Assembly: GCA_041675085.1 (NCBI GenBank)
Contig: JBAYUN010000005.1
Coordinates: forward strand, 1-56,060
Reading direction: 5' to 3'
Length of the DNA stretch: 56,060 nt
Source of the DNA: Minisyncoccota bacterium
Lineage (GTDB): Bacteria > Patescibacteriota > Minisyncoccia > Phycocordibacterales > UBA9973
The position numbers were made by a program, and so were the translations under genes. Positions within the stretch are counted from its first letter, which is position 1. Every line of letters starts with the position of its first letter. The notes under the pieces were generated by a model, which was not told where the DNA came from, ran no database searches, and saw nothing but the letters and a program-made list of their open reading frames with translations. Positions 34,327 through 42,016 of the stretch are shown one piece after another.

Positions 34327-35247
34327 TTACTTATTTAAATATTTTCTAACTGCAAGCAGACTAGATACAACACCTAATAATATTCCAGATCCTAAGATTA
34401 TACCAAAAATTTCTAAGAGGTTAGAAGTATAATAATCATAAACATTCATACCTAAAAACGGAGTCATATTTTGCCCGATCCAATACGTCGCTGGCAAAAA
34501 TAGCAATAAAGTCACTACTGCAGATATAGTCCCGTAAATCACCCCTTCTATCATAAAAGGCCCTTGTATACGCATTTTTGAAGCTCCTACGAGACGCATA
34601 ATACCTATCTCTTCTTTGGCGATAAAGATAGTGAGTCTAATAGTATTAAAGGTAATAATAATAGAAATAATCACGAGTAAAAGAGTGATAATAAAACCAA
34701 GTCTCTCAGAGCCGTTGATAATAGAATTCAATCTCTCTATGACGTCTTTGTTTTGATAATAATTAATCTTATCAATAATATTCAAAGATCCAATAACCAA
34801 AGCGTCGTCAGATTTTAAGAAATTCGCAATACTTTCATACTGAGAAACCTCACGGGCCTTTACGTTCAGATACGCACCCAAGGGATTTTCTCTGATTTCG
34901 TCTAGTGCTTGGATAGTAGGATAATCATCCTTGTGGCGCTCACGAAAATCCACCAAAGCTTCCGCTGCTGATGTATAAGTTATAGAAGCTACTTCGGGTA
35001 ATTGTTCTAGAGAGCTTTTTAAAGCTAATATTTTTTCTTCATTTGCTCCAGTTGTAAAATAAATACTAACGTCTACTTTATCTCTAATCTGATCAAGCGA
35101 AGAATGCAATACTGCTTGCAATAACAATAAAGTAGTAATCACAGACAGAGTGATAGTGACTACCAAGACAGAAGCAAAAGACACGAGTCCTCCTCTTTTA
35201 AAGTTTAAAAATCCTGATTTTACAATTCTATTAAATAATACGCTCAT
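34327..35247 (-). CDS. ftsX: cell division permease FtsX
   Basis: Four TM helices with a large first periplasmic loop, adjacent to ftsE; GIMRLVGA block. Confidence 0.85.
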   Translation of the reverse strand: MSVLFNRIVKSGFLNFKRGGLVSFASVLVVTITLSVITTLLLLQAVLHSSLDQIRDKVDVSIYFTTGANEEKILALKSSLEQLPEVASITYTSAAEALVDFRERHKDDYPTIQALDEIRENPLGAYLNVKAREVSQYESIANFLKSDDALVIGSLNIIDKINYYQNKDVIERLNSIINGSERLGFIITLLLVIISIIITFNTIRLTIFIAKEEIGIMRLVGASKMRIQGPFMIEGVIYGTISAVVTLLLFLPATYWIGQNMTPFLGMNVYDYYTSNLLEIFGIILGSGILLGVVSSLLAVRKYLNK

Positions 35248-35266
35248 AAATTTTTATATTAAATTA

Positions 35267-35947
35267 CTAAATCATGTACTTGCCATGTTTGTCATCACGG
35301 ACGACTTTACCTTTTTCCATAGTGATAACTCTTTTCCCAACAGCTTCGACGACTCCTCTATTGTGAGTAGTTAGTATTACAGTAGTACCGAGATCATTTA
35401 TCTTTTTAAAGATTTGCAGGATTTCATATGTACTAACTGGGTCTAGGTTGCCTGTAGGCTCGTCGGCAATGATGAGTTCGGGTTGATTAATAATAGCTCG
35501 GGCTATAGCGAGTCTTTGCTTTTCTCCTCCGGACATTTGATGTGGGAAATGGGACATTTTATGACTCAAATCTACTAGTTCTAAAACATGAGGAATATCA
35601 GAAGCTATTTCTTCGTTGGATTTACCTACAGCTTCCATAGCAAAAGCTATATTTTCATAAGCCGTTTTGTTGTTAAGTAATTTGTAATCTTGAAAAACTA
35701 CTCCGATGCGTCGGCGTAGCTTGGTGAGGTCATCTCCTGGCAATTTGTGAATATCTAAAGACTCAAAAAAGACTGTGCCTTCAGTAGGATTCTCTTCAGC
35801 GAGTATCATTTTTATCAAAGTAGTCTTACCTGCGCCAGAATGCCCGACCACAGATACAAATTCACCAGAAGTGACTGTTAGAGAAACTTCACTAATACCA
35901 ATAGATTCTTTATTGTAAACTTTTGAAACGTTGTTAAAATAAATCAC
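35267..35947 (-). CDS. ftsE: cell division ATP-binding protein FtsE
   Basis: Walker A GHSGAGKTT, signature MSGGEKQR and Walker B LIIADEPTG. GTG start. Confidence 0.9.
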   Translation of the reverse strand: MIYFNNVSKVYNKESIGISEVSLTVTSGEFVSVVGHSGAGKTTLIKMILAEENPTEGTVFFESLDIHKLPGDDLTKLRRRIGVVFQDYKLLNNKTAYENIAFAMEAVGKSNEEIASDIPHVLELVDLSHKMSHFPHQMSGGEKQRLAIARAIINQPELIIADEPTGNLDPVSTYEILQIFKKINDLGTTVILTTHNRGVVEAVGKRVITMEKGKVVRDDKHGKYMI

Positions 35948-36041
35948 TCTCTTATTTTATCATAAAAAGCACATTCACACCAAATAAAAAAGTATTGCCA
36001 AATCTCTCTGGCAATACTCTAATTTTTAAAATAGTTAATTT

Positions 36042-36212
36042 TTAGTTTTTTATACAGTAACCACTCATTTGAGTAGTTACTCTACTATTTCTATTTGCAG
36101 GGCAATCAACTTGCCCTTTTTCATTAAAAGACTGACCTCTTCTTGGTCCTCTTTTTTTGATTTTTGAAGGTTTTTTATCATCTACTTTTTTACTAACAAT
36201 TTCTTTTCCCAT
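36042..36212 (-). CDS. small basic protein (56 aa, below the ORF-track cutoff)
   Basis: MGKEIVSKKVDDKKPSKIKKRGPRRGQSFNEKGQVDCPANRNSRVTTQMSGYCIKN. Lies between the prfB terminator and ftsE. Confidence 0.3.
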   Translation of the reverse strand: MGKEIVSKKVDDKKPSKIKKRGPRRGQSFNEKGQVDCPANRNSRVTTQMSGYCIKN

Positions 36213-36227
36213 TTTATTTATTTTTTA

Positions 36228-36260
36228 ATTTAAAAAACAAAAACTCCAAAATTGGAGTTA
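36228..36260 (-). terminator. intrinsic terminator after prfB
   Basis: AACTCC/GGAGTT stem followed by TTTTGTTTTTT on the minus strand. Confidence 0.55.
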
Positions 36261-36298
36261 CTTCATTCAAACTATAACAGAATATATGGAAAAATCAA

Positions 36299-36322
36299 TC
36301 AGTCACGACCGACAGGACAAGT
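36299..36322 (-). repeat. short dispersed element, copy 2 (inverted relative to copy 1)
   Basis: The reverse complement ACTTGTCCTGTCGGTCGTGACTGA is identical to 24846-24869. Confidence 0.6.
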
Positions 36323-36334
36323 CCCCTAAAGAAT

Positions 36335-37210
36335 TTAATCTTTTTTCATGAAAATATCCAATTCCCCTTCTAACACATCTTCTATCTGTGAAGTCTCGAC
36401 GTCAGTCCTATGATCTTTGACCATCTTGTACGGATGCATTACATACGAGCGGATTTGATTCCCCCATTCTATACTAGTACCTTTACTTATTTTCATACTT
36501 TCCTCAAAAGTCTTTTTCTCATTTTGAGCTTTTTGGAAAATCTTGGCTCTCAAGATATTCATAGCTCTTTCTCTGTTTGCTTCTTGAGAACGCTCGCCGG
36601 TCGCATGGACCGAGATATTCGTCGGGATATGTATTATCCGCACAGCTGTCTCTCTCTTGTTCACGTTCTGACCACCAGGACCACCAGACTTTGCGAATTC
36701 TACTTTAAGATCAGCAAGAGGTATCTCAAAATCACGCTCATCAAGTTTTGAAAATTTAGGAAGTACTTCGACTAGAGAGAAAGAGGTGTGGCGTAATTTC
36801 TTGGCATTAAATGGAGAGATGCGTACTAATCTATGCACGCCACCTTCATTTTTTAAAAGTCCGTACGCTCGCGGACCTTCAACTTCAAAAGAAATATTAC
36901 GATAGCCGCCGTGCTCATTTTTATTCTCATGAATTAGAAAAATATTCCAACCTTTTTTATTAGCGTATTTCAAGTACATAGAAAATAAAATACTAGAGAA
37001 ATCCTCGGCGTCGTCGCCTCCCGCTCCAGATATGATAGATACTATAGCCGAACCTTTATCCCATTTATTAGACCCTTCGCGTTTGTCTTTCAAGTCTTGT
37101 ATTTCTTTTATGACGCGTTGAGCTTCATTTTTATCAAGCCAAAAGTCAGGCAATAGTATTAAAGCTTCAAGCCTTTCTATTTCTTGGTTTATATTTTCAT
37201 TATCTTCCAT
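36335..37210 (-). CDS. prfB: peptide chain release factor 2 (short form, no frameshift site)
   Basis: SPF motif (RISPFNAKK) and GGQ motif (SGGPGGQNVNK); PDFW near the N-terminus. Only 291 aa. Confidence 0.85.
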   Translation of the reverse strand: MEDNENINQEIERLEALILLPDFWLDKNEAQRVIKEIQDLKDKREGSNKWDKGSAIVSIISGAGGDDAEDFSSILFSMYLKYANKKGWNIFLIHENKNEHGGYRNISFEVEGPRAYGLLKNEGGVHRLVRISPFNAKKLRHTSFSLVEVLPKFSKLDERDFEIPLADLKVEFAKSGGPGGQNVNKRETAVRIIHIPTNISVHATGERSQEANRERAMNILRAKIFQKAQNEKKTFEESMKISKGTSIEWGNQIRSYVMHPYKMVKDHRTDVETSQIEDVLEGELDIFMKKD

Positions 37211-37244
37211 AACTATAATTACTGTAACAAAAAAATACTTAATT

Positions 37245-37365
37245 TGCTATAATATATATTATGAATCCCGTTAAGTCTTTTAAATAACGGGAATGAGTAA
37301 ATACAAGTAATTAGCAAATAATAACATGTAGTATAATTATCAATTAATCAAAAATATTTAACGGG
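37245..37365 (+). promoter_or_regulatory. conserved uORF leader module, copy 3 (upstream of the VIT1-family gene)
   Basis: TGCTATAAT 37245-37253, uORF 37261-37287, a 78-nt spacer, then TTAACGGG 37358-37365 abutting the ATG at 37366. Confidence 0.55.
37261..37287 (+). CDS. 8-codon upstream ORF MNPVKSFK
   Basis: ATG AAT CCC GTT AAG TCT TTT AAA TAA. The ATG lies 7 nt after TATAAT. Confidence 0.4.
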   Translation: MNPVKSFK

Positions 37366-37875
37366 ATGAAAAAAAGAGTAGCAAAATATATTGGGGATTT
37401 AGTTTATGGAGCAAATGACGGCATTATAACGACTTTCGCTATCGTAGCTGGAGTCGCGGGAGCGAATTTGTCTCCTGCGGTGGTTATCATTTTAGGTATT
37501 TCAAACGTACTCGCTGACGGTTTCTCTATGGCCTCGTCAAACTACCTCGCTCGTAAATCTGAAAAAGATTATCTAGATAATATCGGCAAAGAAGGCGGAG
37601 AAATAAACAATCCACTTAAAAATGCAGTAGTCACCTTTGTCGCGTTTATTCTCGCTGGATCTATCCCCCTCGTACCATACGTATTTGGAGTTAAAGAAAA
37701 TGTATTTAATTATGCTATCTTAGCAACCACAGTAGCATTATTTACCGTCGGGAGTTTAAGAGCGAGAGTCACAGGAATGAATTGGATCAAAGCTGGACTG
37801 GAAATGCTTTTCGTTGGAGCCTTAGCTGCAGGAGTCGCCTACTTTATCGGCCGCGCATTGAGTTATTTAATTTAA
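37366..37875 (+). CDS. VIT1/CCC1-family iron/manganese transporter
   Basis: YGANDGIITTFAIVAGVAGA and LADGFSMA blocks over five TM helices. Confidence 0.8.
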   Translation: MKKRVAKYIGDLVYGANDGIITTFAIVAGVAGANLSPAVVIILGISNVLADGFSMASSNYLARKSEKDYLDNIGKEGGEINNPLKNAVVTFVAFILAGSIPLVPYVFGVKENVFNYAILATTVALFTVGSLRARVTGMNWIKAGLEMLFVGALAAGVAYFIGRALSYLI

Positions 37876-37883
37876 ATTCTTTG

Positions 37884-37955
37884 AGCCGTTGGTGAGGATT
37901 GAACTCACGCTCTCCATATTACCAATATGGTGCTTTACCACTAAGCTACAACGGC
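37884..37955 (-). tRNA. tRNA-Thr (anticodon GGU)
   Basis: GCCGTTG TA GCTT AGTGGTA AAGC A CCATA TTGGTAA TATGG AGAGC GTGAG TTCAATC CTCAC CAACGGC T. Confidence 0.9.
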
Positions 37956-38021
37956 ATACGTACTTGCAGACTAACTATTCAAGATTACTACAAATCAGAC
38001 TTTATTTCAATTATTACAATT

Positions 38022-38056
38022 AAAAAACTCTCCGCCTAAGGCGGAGAGTTTTTTAA
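38022..38056 (-). terminator. intrinsic terminator after the SPFH gene
   Basis: CTCTCCGCC-TAA-GGCGGAGAG stem with flanking A/T runs. Confidence 0.8.
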
Positions 38057-38062
38057 TTTATT

Positions 38063-38797
38063 TTATTTTTTAAATCCTTCTAATGCTTTCAAGACTTCCA
38101 TCGGTATCATATAAACTACTGTGTTTGACTGATCAGAAGACATATCGTTAATAGATTGCAAAGTTCTCAGATGCAAAGCTCCCGGAGTAGCAGATAGCAT
38201 CTCAGCTGCACGAGCGATATTTTGAGAGGCAGCAAGTTCACCTTCAGAATTGATGATCACAGCCCTCTTTTCTCTCTCAGCTTCAGCTTGTTTACCGATA
38301 GTTCTCTCTAGGTCAGGAGGTAGAGAAATATCTTTCAATTCTACATTCTGCACCTTGAGTCCCCAAGCGTCAGTCTCAGCGTCGACAATCTCACGGATTC
38401 TATCTGCAATCTTGTCGCGACTAGAAAGTAATTCATCAAGAGTTACTTCTCCAACAATATTCCTCATAGTGGTCTGAGCGTATTGAGAGATAGCGTGACG
38501 AAAATCTTCGACTTCTATAATAGCTTTTGGAGCATCACTGACTTTATAATAAATAACAGCATTCACACGGACAGATACGTTGTCACGAGTGATAGCGTTC
38601 TGATCAGGCACATCGACGGCTTTAGTACGCACGTCGACTTTGTGATAACCTTGAATTATCGGGAAAACAAGTCTCCACCCTGGCTCCATAACTCCAGTGA
38701 ATTTACCCAAAGTAAAACGCACACCTTTTTGATATTGATTAATCTGACGAATACTAGATAGAACAATCAACAATACGATACCAAGAAATATATACAT
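38063..38797 (-). CDS. SPFH/band-7 (stomatin/prohibitin-like) membrane protein
   Basis: N-terminal TM helix, then an SPFH core (VDVRTKAVDVPDQNAITRDNV...VELKDISLP). Confidence 0.85.
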   Translation of the reverse strand: MYIFLGIVLLIVLSSIRQINQYQKGVRFTLGKFTGVMEPGWRLVFPIIQGYHKVDVRTKAVDVPDQNAITRDNVSVRVNAVIYYKVSDAPKAIIEVEDFRHAISQYAQTTMRNIVGEVTLDELLSSRDKIADRIREIVDAETDAWGLKVQNVELKDISLPPDLERTIGKQAEAEREKRAVIINSEGELAASQNIARAAEMLSATPGALHLRTLQSINDMSSDQSNTVVYMIPMEVLKALEGFKK

Positions 38798-38838
38798 AGT
38801 TTTTTAAAATTAAGGATTAATAAACTTATTATAACATT

Positions 38839-38864
38839 AAAACACCTATTTTGATAGGTGTTTT
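38839..38864 (-). terminator. intrinsic terminator after the tRNA-Met/tRNA-Asp unit
   Basis: CACCTAT/ATAGGTG stem followed by TTTTAAT on the minus strand. Confidence 0.6.
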
Positions 38865-38868
38865 AATT

Positions 38869-38945
38869 TGGCGCAAACGACGGGACTCGAACCCGCAACC
38901 TCCCGCGTGACAGGCGGGTGCTCTAACCAGTTGAGCTACGTCTGC
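38869..38945 (-). tRNA. tRNA-Asp (anticodon GUC), CCA encoded
   Basis: GCAGACG TA GCTC AACTGGTTA GAGC A CCCGC CTGTCAC GCGGG AGGTT GCGGG TTCGAGT CCCGT CGTTTGC G CCA. Confidence 0.9.
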
Positions 38946-38994
38946 ATTATTTATTTAACTTAACTCATATCGACTACTCCTAAAATCGCCTTAA

Positions 38995-39048
38995 GGCGGG
39001 TGCTCACTATAGTCTAATTTGAGTTGAGCTACGTCTGCATTATTTATT
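38995..39048 (-). pseudogene. 5' fragment of tRNA-Asp plus its leader (partial duplicate)
   Basis: 26 nt (39023-39048) are identical to 38930-38955 and 11 nt (38995-39005) to 38913-38923. A 17-nt filler replaces the D loop. No T arm or 3' acceptor strand. Confidence 0.6.
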
Positions 39049-39124
39049 AGGTCTGCTTATATTCACTTTTCAAACCAACTTTAAAACTTTAACACAAAAC
39101 AGTAAAAAAATCTATTTTGTATTG

Positions 39125-39198
39125 TGTCGACGGGTGGAATCGAACCACCGACCTTGGCTTTATGAGTGCCACGCTCTAACCGTCTGAGCTACGCCGAC
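39125..39198 (-). tRNA. tRNA with CAU anticodon, elongator type (Met or lysidine-modified Ile2)
   Basis: GTCGGCG TA GCTC AGACGGTTA GAGC G TGGCA CTCATAA AGCCA AGGTC GGTGG TTCGATT CCACC CGTCGAC A. G1-C72 is paired. Confidence 0.85.
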
Positions 39199-39410
39199 AT
39201 GAAGCAAACTGCTTTGCTTCATGTCGATGGCATTACCACCTAGTGAAGCATGATGACGATGTTATGCGTAGCATAACCGTCATTTCTATTACTGACTTAT
39301 TTTGTTTGCAAACTGCTTTATATCTTAACACATTTCAGCTTTTTTTCAAATTATTTGCATTAATACTTTATTTGTAGTATTATGTAAACAACTTAGTCTA
39401 CTAAGTATAT

Positions 39411-39481
39411 AGCGGGATAGAGAAGAGGCATCTCGCAAGGCTCATAACCTTGAGACTCTGGTTCGATTCCAGATCCCGCAA
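39411..39481 (+). tRNA. initiator-like tRNA-fMet (CAU)
   Basis: AGCGGGA TA GAGA AGAGGCA TCTC G CAAGG CTCATAA CCTTG AGAC TCTGG TTCGATT CCAGA TCCCGCA A. Has a 1-72 mismatch, A11:U24 and a GCAA 3' end as in bacterial initiators. Confidence 0.75.
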
Positions 39482-39497
39482 CATTTTTTAAAACAAC

Positions 39498-40214
39498 TTA
39501 TATAAAAGCATAATCTCTAAAGATTTGCTCGTATATTGATATGACTCTTTTAGCTTCATAATGAGAAATACCAAATTCTGTACCTTCGTGAGCTATTCTA
39601 TTTCTCACATTATGAGCATCCCAGAGAGCACTAAGACTTTTAAATTTATTAGGATCGATAGACTTTAATTTCTCTCCAAAGGTATCACCCTTAAACCCTA
39701 AATTATCTACGAGAGATTCGAGCATAGAGTCTGCTTCGATAATAGCTAGACGCCAATCATTTTGATTCTCAGAATTTATATATTCAGTCACAGCGAGCCA
39801 TCTTGGATTTTTAGGAGCGCCAGCATTTTGGATTTTTTGTTCTCTAGCTTTTTGTTTTTCGGCATACAGTCTGATCTGCTCATTCATATATTCCCCTTCT
39901 TTATCACGAATTTCAAAAACTCTGATAATACAGTAAAAAAGAACAGTAGTAAAAAGTAATATTAGTAGATACAAGAAATTAGTAAAAAGATCTAAATAAA
40001 AAGTCCCTGAAGACGAACCAGCGACCGAACCCGAAACCTCTCCTGACCCGTCGAGACCAACAGGTGCATTACCAGAACCTGAACCCAAACCAAAGAATTT
40101 ATACAAAAATACATATATCTGATAAAAAAGATACTCCAAGTTGAGAAATTTTGTCTCATACAAAGAGCCAGCTTGAGCTAAATTATTTGAATTTATTATT
40201 TTATCTAAGTCCAT
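39498..40214 (-). CDS. membrane protein with a C-terminal HEPN-like (Rx4H) domain
   Basis: Gly/Ser-rich linker and a TM helix, then WRLAIIEADSMLE...ALWDAHNVRNRIAHEG. Confidence 0.5.
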   Translation of the reverse strand: MDLDKIINSNNLAQAGSLYETKFLNLEYLFYQIYVFLYKFFGLGSGSGNAPVGLDGSGEVSGSVAGSSSGTFYLDLFTNFLYLLILLFTTVLFYCIIRVFEIRDKEGEYMNEQIRLYAEKQKAREQKIQNAGAPKNPRWLAVTEYINSENQNDWRLAIIEADSMLESLVDNLGFKGDTFGEKLKSIDPNKFKSLSALWDAHNVRNRIAHEGTEFGISHYEAKRVISIYEQIFRDYAFI

Positions 40215-40256
40215 ATTTAAATATCACTATAATAAAATTATAACATATTCAAAAAA

Positions 40257-41678
40257 TTATTTATTCAATGCTTCTACTTTTTTACCAATAACGAAAAGAT
40301 TGTCTTCACAAAAGTGAGGTGCCATAAATTGCACAGACATAGGAAGCCCTTCGGAGGTCATACCTGAAGGTATAGCAATAGCAGGAATACCTACCAAGTT
40401 TGCTGGAGCAGAGAAAATATCACAAAGATACATAGATACAGGGTCAGATAATTTCTCACCCAATTTAAAAGGCAATACTGGCACAGTCGGAGTCATAATA
40501 AAAGCTACACTCTTAAAAGCTTCGTTGATCTCAGCCTCCATAGCTCTACGAACCTTCCAAGCTTTGTTGTAATAAGCGTCATAATATCCATGAGACAATA
40601 CATAAGTCCCCAAAATAATACGTCTACGAGCTTCAGCTCCAAAACCGTGATGTCTGCTTTTTTTGAAACTCTCCCAGATATTCTCTCCCTCAACACGAGT
40701 CCCATAACGCACTCCATCAAAACGAGAAAGGTTAGTCGAGACTTCCGCTGGCATTATTATATAATACGCAGCTAGAGAGTATTTTGAATAAGGTAATTTG
40801 ATATCGACTATCTCGTAGCCCTCTGCCTTCATCTTCTCTACCATATTATTAAAATTCTCCATGATAAGTGGATCTACTCCAGTTTTAAATAAATCATACG
40901 GTACGCCTATTTTCTTGAGATTGTTATTCTTGATGTCAGATTTTCTATCTTCCTCTAGGATAGAAGTGTTGTCATTTTTATCATATTTAGACAAAGTGTT
41001 AAAAACTATTTCTACGTCAGCGACATTTTTACCAAAAGGACTAACTTGATCTAAAGAATTACCCATAGCGATGATACCGTGCCTCGAGACTGTACCGTAG
41101 GTAGGCTTCAATCCAACAAGTCCACAAAAAGCAGAAGGTTCACGCACCGATCCACAAGTCTCAGTACCTAGAGTAAACAAAGCCATATCAGAAGCCAAAG
41201 CCGCTGCAGATCCTCCACTCGAGCCTCCTGGGACACGAGTCGTATCGATAGGATTACGAGTCACCCCAAAAGCACTAGTCTCAGTCGAAGAGCCCATAGC
41301 GAATTCATCCATATTTGTCCTACCTAGAATCACGGCACCTTGTTCTTTGAGATAAGAGACCACAGTAGAATCATAGCTCGCTGTGTAGTTTTCTAAAATC
41401 TTAGAAGAGGCAGAAGCTATATGACCCTTAAACAAGATATTATCTTTAATCGCTACAGGAATACCAGTCAACATAGTCATGGTACCATTCTTAAATTTCT
41501 CTTCTGCATTCTTAACTTGGATTTCTATATCATTAAAAACTTCCAAATAAGCATTAATTTCAGAATTTTTTTCTTTTATATTTTTTAAATATTCTTCTAC
41601 TAAAACACCAACAGTAAAATCCCCTCTTTTCAGAGCCTCATGAGCTTTGGTGATATCTAAATTTTTTAAATCAATCAT
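40257..41678 (-). CDS. gatA: Asp/Glu-tRNA(Asn/Gln) amidotransferase subunit A
   Basis: Amidase signature GGSSGGSAAALA and KDNI block. Confidence 0.93.
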   Translation of the reverse strand: MIDLKNLDITKAHEALKRGDFTVGVLVEEYLKNIKEKNSEINAYLEVFNDIEIQVKNAEEKFKNGTMTMLTGIPVAIKDNILFKGHIASASSKILENYTASYDSTVVSYLKEQGAVILGRTNMDEFAMGSSTETSAFGVTRNPIDTTRVPGGSSGGSAAALASDMALFTLGTETCGSVREPSAFCGLVGLKPTYGTVSRHGIIAMGNSLDQVSPFGKNVADVEIVFNTLSKYDKNDNTSILEEDRKSDIKNNNLKKIGVPYDLFKTGVDPLIMENFNNMVEKMKAEGYEIVDIKLPYSKYSLAAYYIIMPAEVSTNLSRFDGVRYGTRVEGENIWESFKKSRHHGFGAEARRRIILGTYVLSHGYYDAYYNKAWKVRRAMEAEINEAFKSVAFIMTPTVPVLPFKLGEKLSDPVSMYLCDIFSAPANLVGIPAIAIPSGMTSEGLPMSVQFMAPHFCEDNLFVIGKKVEALNK

Positions 41679-41702
41679 ATTATTAATATTAAAATCACGT
41701 TA

Positions 41703-41978
41703 CTATAAAATTTTCTTAACTTTTACAAAATTATCATGTGAGTCTGGGAATTGTACCAATATCGAATCTCTCGTATCGCTATCTTTTTCGGATAATACGT
41801 CTTCTCTCCATTGGTTTTTATGCAAATATTCTACCCCAATATCAGGAACTTCGACTTCTTCTATCTGCTTTACATAGGCCAAAATCCCTTCCATATCTTT
41901 AAGGATTTGTTCTTTCTCAGCCTGATTTAATTCAATTTTAGCGAGCTCCGCTAAATGCTCAACATCTTTGATTTCCAT
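41703..41978 (-). CDS. gatC: Asp/Glu-tRNA(Asn/Gln) amidotransferase subunit C
   Basis: VEHLAELAKIELNQAEKE...ILAYVKQIEEV pattern. ATG at 41978; the track start at 42005 is TTG. Confidence 0.8.
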   Translation of the reverse strand: MEIKDVEHLAELAKIELNQAEKEQILKDMEGILAYVKQIEEVEVPDIGVEYLHKNQWREDVLSEKDSDTRDSILVQFPDSHDNFVKVKKIL

Positions 41979-42016
41979 AAAAACAGTATAGCAAAAACTA
42001 GCCAAATATAAAAATA

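Noticed and set aside
36410-36751. 113-aa plus-strand ORF.
   Set aside because: It lies antisense to the GGQ/SPF core of prfB. It is spurious.
37211-37260. Programmed +1 frameshift or upstream short frame for prfB.
   Set aside because: The ORF is continuous from its ATG. The 50 nt upstream hold the divergent uORF promoter, with no CUU UGA-type site or short upstream frame.
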